64,000 bases of DNA, from NCBI RefSeq assembly GCF_009914755.1, contig NC_060925.1; one strand, 5' to 3'. The notes beneath the pieces were generated by a model. That model searched no databases. It worked only from the letters and a program-made list of their open reading frames with translations, and had not been told where the DNA came from. Made by a program: the position numbers and the translations under genes. The DNA comes from the human T2T-CHM13v2.0 reference genome, Homo sapiens. Of the stretch, positions 1 through 14,286 are shown piece after piece. Each line of letters opens with the position of its first letter. Positions within the stretch are counted from its first letter, which is position 1.

Positions 1-149
1 TGAGAAAGTCAATAGAGAACTAAGTAAGTACAATCAATGATATGTGATGTGTTATATAGTAGAAGTAAATAAGTACAATCAATGAGCAGTAATGTGTTAT
101 ATAGAAAAAATAAAGCAAGAAGATAATAGTGTTGTATAGTAGAAACAAT

Positions 150-400
150 GTTGCAATTTTAAATAGATGCTTAGGAAGAGCCTCTTTGAGAAGAATGGAT
201 TTAAGCCAAGACCTGAAGGAGCAGAGGAAATGAGCTGTGCTTATATCTGAAGAAAGAAAATTTTAGGTGCATGCTTTGACATTCTTGAAATATACTTTTA
301 TTAGCCTTTCCCCCCATTAGAATCTAGTTCCATGAAATCAGGACCTTGTCTGGTACTGTACCCTTAGAACTTACAATAATGCCTGCCATATGAGATACAC
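150..400. mobile_element. Degraded L2 LINE fragments
   Basis: L2-like phrases (ttaggaagagcctctttgagaag...gacctgaagga; ccattagaatctagttccatgaaatcaggaccttgtctg...tgcctgccata). Boundaries approximate. Confidence 0.5.
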
Positions 401-2969
401 TTTCATATCTAACAATTTTCTTCTGTTTGTTTCCAGTACATTCCTCAGTGGTGAATTTTGTATTATTATTTTTTAATACAAAAGCATATTGGATTACTGT
501 CATCAGGGAAATGCTGTCTAAATTCTTTTCCTGGTCTAACTGACATTTTATACATGCATTCTTATTATGCTTCTGTACTCATATTATCTTACACTTGAAT
601 GCATTCAAATTTCCCTGCCACTTTTCTAACTACTTCTGCAGCCTCATAAAATCTTCCTACTTTATAGCCATTAGCTTGAGATTTTGCTACCTGCCCAGAA
701 GTTTAGTATTCTTTTCAAAATTATGAATCTTACTATGTACTTCCTCCCTGTCCCATGTATATAAATATTTATATAAATGTTGCGACTAGCCACAACAAAG
801 TGTTTTTATTCTGAGGCTTGTGCACATATTCCTACCTTTTATCTCTAATTTCCACACTTTATTCCTGAAAAAACAAAATAATGAGTCTAGAATTTACCTC
901 TAGACCTCAAGTTTCTTAAGTGTTTCTGATATTATCTGGTATGTGCAACTTTGGCAAAACCTATTTGTATGATTATTCCTTGTATTTCCTCTCCTTTCAC
1001 TCTCCGACCCCAATATACCAACTTATTTCAATTCTTAATATTGATTATGTCTCCCACACCCACTTATTTACTCCATGCTAGTTTATTCTCTTCTGTTTTA
1101 GCTTTCGTTTTGATTATTCTTAACCCAGTAGGTATTATGAATCCAAGTCTACTGAAATTCCAATTACAAAAAAAAGTGTTTCTGTGCAGAATGATTTCTG
1201 CATTTATACAGTAAAAGCCGAAAGACTTTTCATCTTTAATCTGATTATAGAGAAACCTGAATCATAAAGAGTATAAGGAATTCTAAATAATTATGTTAAA
1301 TTTCTTCTTTTTTTTTTTTAATCTTTGTAAGGGCATTTGTTAGATATGATTTTCCAATCATTTTCTGGGTTTTTTTTTCTTCATAAAGGTAGCAATATCC
1401 TAAATCAGGAAGCTCTTTGCATCTGCTAGATCTAAGTATGCCTTGGTTACAAAAAATTTAAAAAGTCAGACAACTTAATTCAGAGTATTTACATAAAACT
1501 GGCAAGAAGTCAAGTTTCCCATTTTGTGTTGAGTGAGGCACGCTGCCTCGCTTGCAAAGATCTGGTGGAGATATAGCAAGTAGCTGGCAGAGCAAGCAGT
1601 CTGCTGGGTGTCTCTAAGTTACCTGCAGAGCAGGCAGTCTGGATTATTCTCTCAGCCTCCTGTGCATATTTTACAGATGCCACTTCACATTCTTTCTGGA
1701 GTCCTCAGGAGCATTTGAAATTCAGAGGCTTGGCAAAGGCATGCTTATCTGATGCTTTCTTATTTGATCTTGCCGAAAGGGGTGATTCTTTGAAAGTGTG
1801 GAAATACCTTACCAAGGTACATCAACAGATGTATAGTTACTGAAACTCATTTTAAATACCTAAGGGGATTCATTCTCCTGACATACATTTAATTCCCATT
1901 ATGATTAATGGGAGCATTACTTGATGTACAACATGCCCCTGCCTTTAGATGGCTAATGTCTGCAGAGGAAGGAACCGTCAGCAAAATTATGAACTCGATT
2001 CATGGTTCGGCTCTTAACTTAGCTTAAGTTAGATCCCATGACTTGATTATCAGTATTACTCTATCTACCCATATTGACAGAACCTCAGGTTTTATACTGC
2101 AATAATTTTTTAAAAATCTAACCTAATTAGGAATTTTCCACATGAGATTATTCACTGTCAAGTACTAATGACTGCAATAAAGAAAGAAAATTTTAGCTAA
2201 AACAAACAAATGATTAGACTCAGCAACACAATTAATGGCTTGACTAATTTGTCTTCCCTTCTTTCTACATTAATTTTTATATGAACTTTAGCAGGAAGAT
2301 AGCTACCTAATTCCTTATATAAATAACATGTATTATCATTTAGCATTCATTGAAATATATATAAATTATCTAGGCACCAGGAACTGGTTTCATAAACATT
2401 AATTATGATAATGATGAAGATACCACAAAACCATACGTTAATATCTTATAAAATTTGCATAGTTTTAAATAGTTAATCATATTTCTATATTTTGTAATTT
2501 TTATTCCCTCTGCTACTTGGACCATCCTGGTCTATCTTTAAGAAGAATAAATGTAGTTAAAGGTTCAGTGAAAACTTTACGTTTATTTAATTTAAAAAAT
2601 TTCAATTAAATTATTATTTGCCATCCTGTAGTCCAGACAAAATACTCAGAAAATTCCCAAACTTAGTCTTTTATACACATTTTCTCCTAAGTATTATTGT
2701 CTACAAACTTACCAGAAAACCACCACTTGAGAATTACATTGAAGACTAGAATTGGTGCTTTCCCTGTATACATCCTGAATTTTATATGCCAGTTTAGTCT
2801 TGTAGCTAGATGTGAAATCAACAATGCTGGTTCCAAAATGTTATGCTTAGAATAATCTTTTAATCTCTATGCCCATCTTGATATGCTGACTTAGCAAATC
2901 AGGAGGGAAGTCAGAATTCTATTTTTTTAAATTAATCACTACTATTGATTTCAATGCCATTAGTTTTAC

Positions 2970-3090
2970 CATTTATTAATGCACTAAATATTAATTGAGC
3001 ACCTACTATAACCTAAGCATTAGTATCGGCACTGCAGATACAGTGCGAACTAAAAGGATTTTAGTTGCCTTTTTGAGGCTTACGTTCTAG
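2970..3090 (-). mobile_element. L2 3' end fragment
   Basis: aaatattaattgagcacctactat...ggcactgcagatacagtg...gcttacgttctag resembles the reverse complement of the L2 3' terminus. Confidence 0.65.
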
Positions 3091-3970
3091 AAACACTGAC
3101 TTAAAATATCTAATTTTTCTGCTGAATCTGGCATAATCACCAAAAATGGTTGTACAGATTCAGGAAAGAGGATGACCATTTATTTATATTGTGGCCTACA
3201 TGAATAGTATGTTTAGGAGTTGTACAGTATACAGCATGAATGGCCCTATTCAGTAAAACTGACTTTTGTTTTAATTCTAGATGATGTACATAGCAGACAA
3301 AACATGCCTGTTTTCATTGCCTTCTATTGGTAAATAGATAAACCACAGTGATTCCAAAAACTGAAATACATTCTTACATAGCTAAATATATAAATAATTT
3401 ATGGTAATTTGCTCTGACTTGATTTCCAGATGTCTCAAAAGACTTGCTTGCTTTACTGAGTCTTCTTTTAATATCATCATGGCCAAAGTGAAGCATAGAA
3501 AGTCATAAGAAATAGATACAGAGATCCCAGATAATTGGTGCTAAATACTGAAAATTGGGCACTACTGCCATTTTCTAAAATTGATGTCATCTGATAATCA
3601 ATAAGCCTTTCTGGCTGGTGTTGATTCACATGCTTATTCAAAATCTGATTGGTAGTCTACAGAGAGTTTATAGGAATAAATGCTTCGCTAAACTCACGTT
3701 TTAAAAACTGACTGGCCACTAGCCAAGGATGTCAGAATTGAGTCAGTTTACCATATAATTCAGTATAAAGTGTATTCACTTGGAAAATATATTTTTCGCT
3801 ATATATTTTGCTATGTCTTTTGGAGAAGCATACAAACTTTTGCTTGAATGTTTATTTTTTAGCCCAAACTTTAACCTTAATAAATCATTCATTATCTTTA
3901 CTACAGTTGTCTTAATTGGAAGAAAGAGAAACCCATACAAATTAAAGTACGTTTTTTATTTGTTGGCTTG

Positions 3971-3987
3971 CTTTCTTTCTTCCCTTC

Positions 3988-4046
<59 letters not shown>
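3971..4046. repeat. (TTTC)n microsatellite
   Basis: Directly visible tetranucleotide array; it produces the FLSF run in ORF 3780..4139. Confidence 0.97.
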
Positions 4047-4164
4047 AAAAATAAAGATAGAAATTCTACACAGCAATTAAAACTGGGCTTATCTAGAAGT
4101 AGGAAGTTTTCAGCTAGATATTCTGAGACTGGAGGCTAATGGATTCTGCACTTATTTTCCCTGG

Positions 4165-4226
4165 TGAGAGGATGCCTTTACTTAAGACAACTTGTTGAGA
4201 GGATGCCTTTACTTAAGACAACTTGT
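4165..4226. repeat. Perfect 31-bp tandem duplication
   Basis: tgagaggatgcctttacttaagacaacttgt at 4165-4195 and again at 4196-4226. Confidence 0.97.
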
Positions 4227-7200
4227 TCATGACCTCATCTCCTCATGACACTGGCTCCTGCCCACATTCTATAAGATCTTACTGGTGCCATATTTAACTG
4301 TATGGCTCTGTGCCCTAAATGCAAATTTTCTGGAAACAGAATATGATCAATTCTCTTTATACAATTATTATGCTCCTCTCTTTTCACATCTAACCCTAAT
4401 TAATTAGTTGTAGTCATCAGGACAAGAATATGTGTTACAACTACAGCCATCTAAATCCATTATTTCTGCAGGCACTGTGAGTTTGGAGCAATTTCAAAAA
4501 AATAAGTATGATATTGTCAATAACACATGGATTTGATATTTTCATTTGTGCTAGGAGACTTACTACATCAACAGACTCTTGTCTTCTGGCTTTCCATTGG
4601 ATTCAGACAATAGATTGATCCAACAGGTGACTGAGGAAAGAAGAGTGAGAGTGGGTTTTTTATTCTACTTGCTCTTTGTGGTGTCAACTTGGGCTGAGGG
4701 TTGGGAGACAGAAACTAGATTGTAAGGAGATGAAGAATTTAAAAAAACATTATTTTTTGAATAGTTTGAAGTTTGTTTGAGAAAGGAAGAATGGAGAGAG
4801 GTTGGTAGTTTGAGTGTACCATAGGATTGAAGCTGATTCTTTCCCCTCCTTGATTAGAAAATAAAGAGAATAGACATGCTTGTAATTGGAGAAATGTAAT
4901 CTCATAGGGAAGAGACAGGGCATAATTGATAGAGAAAAATTGTTGAGAAAGGGGTTGGCAATGCATCTTGCATATGGTTGAAAGGATTAGACTTGTATGA
5001 GGAAAGAAATGCCTCTGTACTTGAATCCACAGAGGGACTCAAATCAGGATGAATTAGTTTAACTCTGAATTGAATTTAAATGTTTACTGAATTGAACGAG
5101 GTTTTCAGTTTTTAGATGAAGATTGTTTTGTGAATTTGAAAAATGTTTATGGATTTATAAACCTATTTTCTTACATGAGTCATTTACTGCTACTAAAATA
5201 GGCTATAGATAAGAGTAGTTATGCTTGAACTTAGCTAATTTGAGCTATAATTCTAAACTTTACACTGTGGAATTATAGGTAATTCTGTACCTACGTGAGG
5301 AACTAAAGTGATAGACCAAACAGAAGTTTATTTTGAGATAATCTGAAGATTCACATGAGTGGTAACTCATTTTATGGGAATAAGCTAAACAAAATGAATT
5401 TGACCTAATGTAAAAGTCTAGAGTATTTTATCTTAATAGAAGATGACGACTTTTATTTGTCATCTATAGTCTTCTATACCCATACCTGCATCTTAGGAAT
5501 AAAAAGGACTAGAGATACCATTTCAATAGTCTCTGTGATGTTTTGATCCCCAAGCAGCACAGTAATGTGTTGCTGTAATATCATGTGCTAGTAATCAGAG
5601 TATCCTCTTATTTCATTCTGATTTCCTGCAAGTCAGTGCAAAATGTCAAAGCTTAGAGGTATCAGGAAAAAAGTTCTGAATATTTCAAGTCATTGAGAGA
5701 GAATGTCTGAATTAGAGTTGGCATGAGGTTGAGAGACTATAAGAGAGGTAGAGTCTTCTGGAATGACTATTGTATCTGCATTTTCTGGGGTACCAGTTGT
5801 CCTGGCAGAGCAGAAGGATGCCTTCAGAGATTTCAAATGCTCTACAATCTAAAATCAAATGGAGAATGTACGGCAGCACAGAGTAATAATAGTACTTGTC
5901 AGAGCAGTACAAATATTGAGCTTACTGAGCCCATATATGATATCCCCTCAGAATTATCAGAAATAATCACAGGGGACTTTGTAGGGAGCTGAGGATCAAA
6001 AGGGACAATTAATGAACCAGAAAACAACAACAAAATATGAGATATTCTAGTAATGGTCCTTTCAGGTCCCCAGCATATCATTTAGTCATAATAAAGTACT
6101 TCATGTTCAGAACGTGGTAACGTATTTCAGTAAGCAGTTTATTTAATGCATGAGAGTGAATCAAACAGTGGGGAGGCATTCTAATTCTGAACCACCAAAA
6201 ACTCTCCAAGGTATCAAACATAAGTAGATAAGCTTATGATTTTCTTTATATATACTTGGGCAATGTCATTTACAATCACATCTCTTAATATTAACAAAGC
6301 CACCACCAGCCAGGCGAAACTGTGATTTTTCTTTGTCACCACTTAAAACATACATTTCATGTGAATTACGTAAGTATAAGTATACGTTGTTGCATTCCAC
6401 ACTAATTCTTTTGCACCCACTAACACAGATTACAAATAGTATTGAAAAGGTTTTAAATCAATATTAAGAAACTAGAATTTTTAAAAAGATAATAAAAGCC
6501 CTGTTAATTTTAGGTTTCCTTTTGTATGGTTTTTTGGGGAAAAAAAAACCCCTAATTTGGATAATCAATGTGGTTTATTGAAACCCTATTAAGTCTATCA
6601 CTGTCTCTACCTCTATGTTTCTTGCTGTTTAAAAAGTAATGCTACTTCCTTCTTGCTCAGGGACTGAGGCATCTTTGTTTTAATATAGTCCTACTCAGTG
6701 CAAAGATAGAATGAGAGAGGGTAAAAACTGATGCAAATCTCATGAGATTGTGTAAAGCTAATAATAATGGCTTTAATGAGCCATTCGGGTGTTGCTTACA
6801 CTGCAATCACAGACTCTGCAGAGTGGTGAAAGAAAACGCTGAGAGTGTGGGCTCCCAGAGGAGTAAGCTAAGATTAGGTGGTTAGTGGAGAGGGAAGAAA
6901 AAAAAATCTTTCTAGTGGAATGCCAAATTAGGTTGCTGAGACTGCTGCTGTAGCGTCTGACCAAGTACATGCATGTGATGAGTGACTGTCATGAGGATGA
7001 AGGGTTCATGTGTGATAAAAACCCCAAAATATTCAACCTTTTTGACCTCCTCTATGTCCTTAAGGGTAGTGAAATTCACAAGCAGCAACACTATTCATTC
7101 TTCAATGAATAGTGCAGTTCCTTATTCTTTAAGGGAGAAGACTTCTGAGATCCATAAGCAAATTCCAATATTAACCACCCTCAGCTCACATGGGAAAACC

Positions 7201-8359
7201 GTAGCTAAAAACAATAAGCTAAAAAATAATGAAAATTAAGGCAAGAAAATATAATTATCTGACTTCAGAATTTTTAGAATTTGAATGAGATCAAACATTT
7301 GTCAATAAGTTATGCAGAGTTATTTCTGTGTGTGTGTGTGTACACACGCATGTGTGTCTTTTCTCTTAAATTTTAATTGTTGGACTGAATAGTCTTGCTC
7401 TACACATTAAAAAAATAAATTGGGATGCTTTTTTGCAAATAAAAAGGTTCATTTTGCTTTAATGAAGATACTATTGGTATAGGTAATAGAATCAATCCTA
7501 AAATATTGTGAAATTCAGTGTATTTTGATCCATTTGTACTCATTGTCACCAAGATTCTGGATCTGTGTCTCTGTGATTTACTTTGTCCTGCTTAATGTAT
7601 AGGTTTCATTCATAAGCTGGATTTATTATGATATCAAAAAGATTGTAGCATTTTACTTTCCAAATCAATACACTGGAGAGCAAGAGAGCCTGTCTGTCCG
7701 GGCAAACCCAGCTAAATTCTGAGGTGCACTCTGTTTGGACCCCATTCGTTTTCTTGCTGACCTTTTAATGTGACCTTTGAAACAGAGCAAACAGTTCTTT
7801 TAGTCTATTAATAGTTTACAACCCTCACTTTTGGTCTTTGGATGGATTCTACCTCCTCCTCATGGTTCCTCAAGTAGTTCCTCAAGGAGTCATTCAAAGG
7901 TCAAAGATGGATGTCGAGGAGGAATAAAAAATGCTCAATTTATTTGTTCTTCTTATAAACTGTATATCATTCTTAAAAATTGTTCACCCTGTGTTTGGCT
8001 TTTACTTCAACATGAAATGACTAAATTATCTGGCTAAACCAAGCATCCATTCCACTTCCCTGGATTCTTTTTCTCCATGCACTGAGCAACTGAGTCAACC
8101 TTTCTTCAATACATGTCATACATATTTCACTCTTGAAAAAAATTACCTAAAATATTTAGTCATTTCCAAATGATTTTACTATCCAGTTCTTAAAATCTGA
8201 AATGATAATATATTTCTATCAGAATCAATATTATTCCTTATTTAATATTCCTACTGCCATCTAATCTTCTTATATCAATTTGCAATTGTGGAAGCAAATT
8301 TTAGGAAGATTTTTTAAGATGTTCCTAAGTGAGAGCCCATATAAGAATTTAAAAAAAGA

Positions 8360-8714
<355 letters not shown>

Positions 8715-10299
8715 TCATTATTCTTACAAGTTATTTTCTTTAAATCTCTGGAATTAATTTTTCTATTTCTCCCCGTTTATTTTTGGATTGGAGAAAATAT
8801 TATTGCAGGATTTTATTTTACTTATTTCAGCAAAATTTTCCACTTCTGTGCCCCACATTTTATACTAGCATTAATTTCTGCTGTTGTGAAAATACTGACA
8901 AATTTTGTCACTGATCCAAAACCTGGCAGGTTAAAATTTAAGTAGTAATGATGTGGTATTAATGAAGCTTGTGAATATTTATTATTGAAAGATCCAAGGT
9001 GGCTTGGCCACATGGAACATATTGCTCCTGTGCTATTCTGCAGCATATGGAGGGTTCACATTTGCATTTTAACCTAATCAAATATCAAATATTAATACAA
9101 TCAGGAGGGCTCGAAATATTTTGAGAGTACTGTGACTTTTTAAATTATAAATATGAATAATAGACTTCGCTAAGTTACAAAACTTAAGTGTAATCAGAGC
9201 TTTTAACTTTTTTTTGTTTCTATAATCACCCTTTCATTTTGCTTGTCCTGAATGTAATTAATATGTTTCTAATCGCAAATGTGCTTAAAATAGAGAAGAA
9301 AAATAGTCCCAGACAACTAGGTTTTATCAAAATCATTGTCCCCTTATATTGAAGAGTGGTATAAATGAATTTGATTGAAAATGTTTTTAATTCATATTTT
9401 TGCATGAAATATCTAGCAGTTTATAAACAGGACCATGGCCTGCTATTCTTGATTTGTGTTGTATTAATATGGTTTGTATAGATGTAATCTTATTGTTTAT
9501 CATTTAAAATATTACATGCACTTATATGAGAGGACTGTCATATAGGAATATTTTCTTCTGACATTGGAAATGCTATAAATATCATATGAAGTACCTTGCA
9601 TTCAATCATACCATTACATTTTTTGACACGATGTATATTAAAACAATTGCTGAAAAGTGTGTCCTATTAAGGAATCCCGAAGTTCTATTGTAGTGAGCTA
9701 TTCCTGGAAGATTAATATTGATCACTACTTGACAGGGTTTACAGTTTATTTTTTACTCACAGGGAAGACATCAAGGAAACAATAACACATGATACAAAGA
9801 TTAGGACCATGTTTCATATAGTAAAGAAATAAAGGAAAAAAGTCAGAATGTTTTAGTGTTGGATATAGAATATCTACTGGATTTTTCTTCAATCTCATAG
9901 CTTTACTTTGGGTAAACAGGGTGCATGATTCAAAGAAAAACACCTCAGTTTCTATGTGATGTAGTTGGAATGGGATGTAAATCACATCTTTGTTTATGTT
10001 TAACATAAAAAACAAAAAATTGAGAAATTATTGTAACAACCAAAAGTTTCTTCTGGATATAATAGCAAAACTCTGCTGTATATACAAAGTTGTGTAACTA
10101 TGAATTAAAAACTTTCTTCAATTTAGGTGACAATTTTCTGCATGGTAAACAGGATCAAATAATGTAGTTAAATATAAGGCATTTGATGTTCTTCACATTG
10201 GCCAGTGTAGTAAGAAAGTGGACTCTAAGATTAAAAAAAAAAATCGTGAAATAATGCTAACAGAAAAAAAAGCAACACACTTTTAGGAGCAGTTTGACA

Positions 10300-10485
10300 T
10301 AAGCTTAGTGCAGTGAGCTTGAACTCTGGACTAGATGACTGAGTTCTCTTGCCAACTGAATAACCTTGGACATTTTTGTTAACTTCATTGCACATCAGTT
10401 TCCCCACTTATTAAATGGCCATTATAATAGTATAAATTTCATAGAGCTGCGTTTGATACACAGAAAGCACTCAAAACATTAGCAA
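10300..10485 (+). mobile_element. MIR SINE
   Basis: ttagtgcagtgagcttgaactctgga...accttggaca...aacttcattgcacatcagtttccccacttattaaatgg is a MIR core. Confidence 0.7.
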
Positions 10486-11939
10486 GTATGTTTGGTCATG
10501 GGGGAAAGAAGGAAGTTTCCATTTTTGTTAGTAGTTTGTACATGGTTACACTAGAGTTTGATTTTCAATTTTTTCTTCCAAATATTTAAAACTTATAAAT
10601 AAAGCATAGCTTTATTTTACTATTATATTATCTGCCTAATCTCATTTATTTTAGTGCTAAAATATTGCTCAATTCTAAAAATAGGTAAATTAAAATAATA
10701 TAACTGAATAACTTATTTTTTTCTAAATGGAAAGAGACAACGGACTCAAGCTGGATTTCAACTCATATCTGAAATATAAAAGGCATATAATGTACACATG
10801 AAATCAAATCACAAAAGAACTAGATTTTTTATACAATCTTCTTTTCCCTATACACTATGTTGAACTTCTCTGCTATTATGAAAATATTTCAATAATGAAA
10901 GGCTGACTGCTTAACTGGTATATCAAATATTACTTTTGAAATGCCAAGTAATTACATTGCAAGATGCATCATTAGGTCCAAGAAATGTGAGGACAATAGC
11001 CACCCTATTATCTCAAGATTACCATAGATATGGAATGTGACAATATGTAGGAAACCTGTTAAAGATTTGGAAGAAAGCCTCAAAATAAATTTGGTTCTAA
11101 ATGAATTTTAGTTTTAGTTAAGAATTTCAACAGTCATTCCAATTAATTTTTATTTTTCTAAGGATTTCTTACAATAGTTTCCAAATTAAAAATTCTCCAA
11201 AACTGTTTTCATGGCTTTCACACCTTATCCTTTTGTATGAGTATTATGATCAGGCTCTATGAGGTTAATTTGAAAGGGTTCTCAGAATATTGAGAAACAA
11301 TGTAGAATTGTATTCAAATTAAATAATATTTATCTAATTTATAAATCTACTGTAAAAAGATGTACAATAAGATTCTGATTAATTAATATATTGGCACCCC
11401 AAAAGTGCAAAGTCTGCTTGAAAAACCCCATTAGAAATCAGGTAATTGTGTATTTTCAAAATTAATAATTAAGTATATTTCACATTCAATGTGCCGAGTA
11501 AGAAAGCAGTAAAAAATTTTTCTATATTTCATGCATTGTATATTTTTCATTTGCACACTAGACAAGATGTCTATTTGAAACAATCATTTATAGGTGCAAT
11601 TCAACTGGATTCACAAATTTATTCAAAATTGTAGATTTTTAAAAAATTATGTCAGATTCTAAATGCATTTTTATTATTGCGTTACTTTTCTCTATCCAAA
11701 TGCAGTGGATTATCTCCATCCAAATAGGTTTGTTTCAGAAAACGCTTTTAATGTATATGTGCTTAATACTATTAAAAATTCATTTTAAGGGTGGCCTGAA
11801 AAGAATAATAGTGCTTATCTCTTTTAACATTTTGTTAATAGAGTTCGCAATGAACCTGAGTGGCTGTAGATGCATCATTAGGGGCTGGCAATACATGGTT
11901 TAATAAAAATAGAATGCTAATGGGCACCTTATTTACTCA

Positions 11940-12080
11940 TGAAAAGTTAAACAAGTCATATAACTGAAAGGTACACTTTTCTTATCTGGAAAATATGATT
12001 AATCCTCTGCTGACTATTTTACAGAGTTATTATAAACACGAAGTAAGTCGAATATTTGTAAAGTTGTTTGAAATCATACT
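11940..12080 (+). mobile_element. MIR fragment
   Basis: acaagtcatataac...ttttcttatctggaaaat...tttacagagttatt...tgtaaagttgtttgaaa. Confidence 0.5.
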
Positions 12081-13886
12081 GCTAGATAAGGGAAGATATT
12101 AAAATGTAGTTGACTATAGTCAGTCTCAATCAGTCTGCATAGTGGCATAAAATACAAAACACCTAATTTTATGTCAGCCTCTCAATTCTTGTGACCATTA
12201 TCATTGGCAGCATGAATTTAACTTGCTGAATTTAGGATTGACCTAATGTGGTTACCACTTCCAAAAATCTATTACTTGCCCTCTCTGCTACTGATGGAAC
12301 ATTCAGCCTGAATCCATTTCGGCTCATGTTACAGTTTGTCCTCAATTGTTTTCAGATGCAAGGCAGCTGAAACCTATCTGGAAGAAAACCTAAAGGGAGT
12401 TCAGTACTGCTGCATTCTTGGCAATTACAGGCATATCTAATTTCAAATTTTAGGCATGTATAAGAAAAAAAGGGTGTCAGAGGGAGATTCACTGTACAGT
12501 ACTCAATTTATCAGAGAGGAGACTATGATCACAGCATTTTGATACTTCATTTACTAAACAAGCTGTTTCTTATTGATAAATTTGGGAAGTCACTTCAGCT
12601 GTGTTCTCTGAATTTTAAAATATAAATGTAAGTTCCAAATGTGCAACATGCTGTACAAAAAAGTCAGAATCACAGTGGACTTAGCCCAGAACATCTGTTT
12701 TCCCTGTCAATATCCCTGCACACATGCCCTTTGGTCTTACTGTTTTTCGATGGCAACACACCATGGATGATAATGGTATTTCTGAAATAAAACCACTCTC
12801 TTTGGAAATTGGGCTGGACTCATTCTCTTTACATCATTCATTTAAATCAATTAAATTGAATGTATTTATCAAGGTTGTACTATGAGTTTAGGAGTGCATT
12901 ACTTGAACATACTCATGGTATTCTTTTAACTGCATTATAAAAATGCTGCTGTGATTACCTTTCACCAATTTGGAACTCTGAAAGATTATTCAAGGACAAC
13001 TTTAAACATCTGGCAAGAAATTATATGTTTGTATTTTATAATTTGGATGGTCGTGAAAAATGTCTTAAAAAGCGCAGATTGAACAGGCCATGTCATCTTT
13101 GGTCATGTTAATTATGTTAATTAAATATTGTCTGTAGTTATAACTTTAACATTTTAAAACACATTAATAGAGGCAAAGTCTAAGCTATCAAGATTCATTA
13201 ATTTCCAAATAAGAAATACTCCTATGGTGTTCATTCAGGCTAAGCGAGCTGAGAGGTGGACCAATTTATACCTTTTCGTATGAATGTTTTGACTATGTGT
13301 AGGCATAGCCTTCATCTTTACTGTTTTGATCAGAGTTTAACATGCCTTTCACATAAATAACAATAATACATGTCATATGTTGAATAATATTGGACCTAGT
13401 CTAACAAAAACTAAATTATACCTTGAGGGGAAACAAAAAAGCTTCTGGAGCACCTTAGGTAAATTAGCTACCAGGTCTTTAGGATTAATTTATTCATTAC
13501 ATTTACATGCAAAATATACTGAAAAATGGATTCATTTACTTGGATGATTGAGGCCTCAAGCTCAAGTTTTTCATTAACTACTCAGATAATTTAGGCAAGT
13601 TTTTTTTTCTTTTTTATACTTGAATTATCTTGATAATTGCTTCTTCACTTGATTTTATGTGGGGAAAAATTAGACAGAAAAAATCCTTCACAGCCTGCTA
13701 AGTATTTTTCTTATTACTATTTTTACTCAAAATGTCTTTTTTTTAATCCTGTGAAATTTAATGAATAATCAGTCACCTGTTTTCTTCCATGTATGCATTG
13801 ATGATGGATGCTGTAGGAAGATATCTGGCTATCTACCCTTGTATCTATCTATCTATTTCCTGTGTGTGTGTATGTGTGCATAAATA

Positions 13887-14286
13887 TGTTGTACTGGAAC
13901 TCTATTAACTTCAATAGGGGTGGCACCAAGTTCAAGAGGCCAAAGGAGACACCCAGAGCCAGGAAACAAGACAAAGGGTTTATTGAGAGGATTTACTTAC
14001 AGAGCAGTCCAATGGTGGCAGGCTGGATAGGAGAACCCCAACCGCTTGCAAAAAGCATGCAGTTTATATAGCATTTTCACTTAGCACCCTCCTGCTAACA
14101 ACCTCCACCTGGTAACCTTCATTTACCCCAAAACAAAGGGCCTGATTCCCTATATGGCCTGCATTCCATGGGGCAGGCCAGGGGTTTAGATGTTCCTCAT
14201 AGGTAAGGAATAAATATCTGGGTTGACTACTCCCAATTACCTTAGCTCAGAACTCAAAACACACATTCAGGTGCATCTGCCACACA
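13887..14286 (-). mobile_element. Solo ERVL LTR (LTR47-like)
   Basis: TG...CA termini; 5-bp flanks aaata/acata (TSD with 1 mismatch); minus-strand TATA (gtttatatag) and AATAAA (tttatt). Family name from recalled consensus. Confidence 0.8.

Noticed and set aside
758-775. 18-bp perfect palindrome tatataaatatttatata
   Set aside because: A/T-only low complexity, expected in this composition.
5723-5992. 89-aa Cys-containing ORF
   Set aside because: No recognisable domain or exon structure; consistent with a chance ORF.
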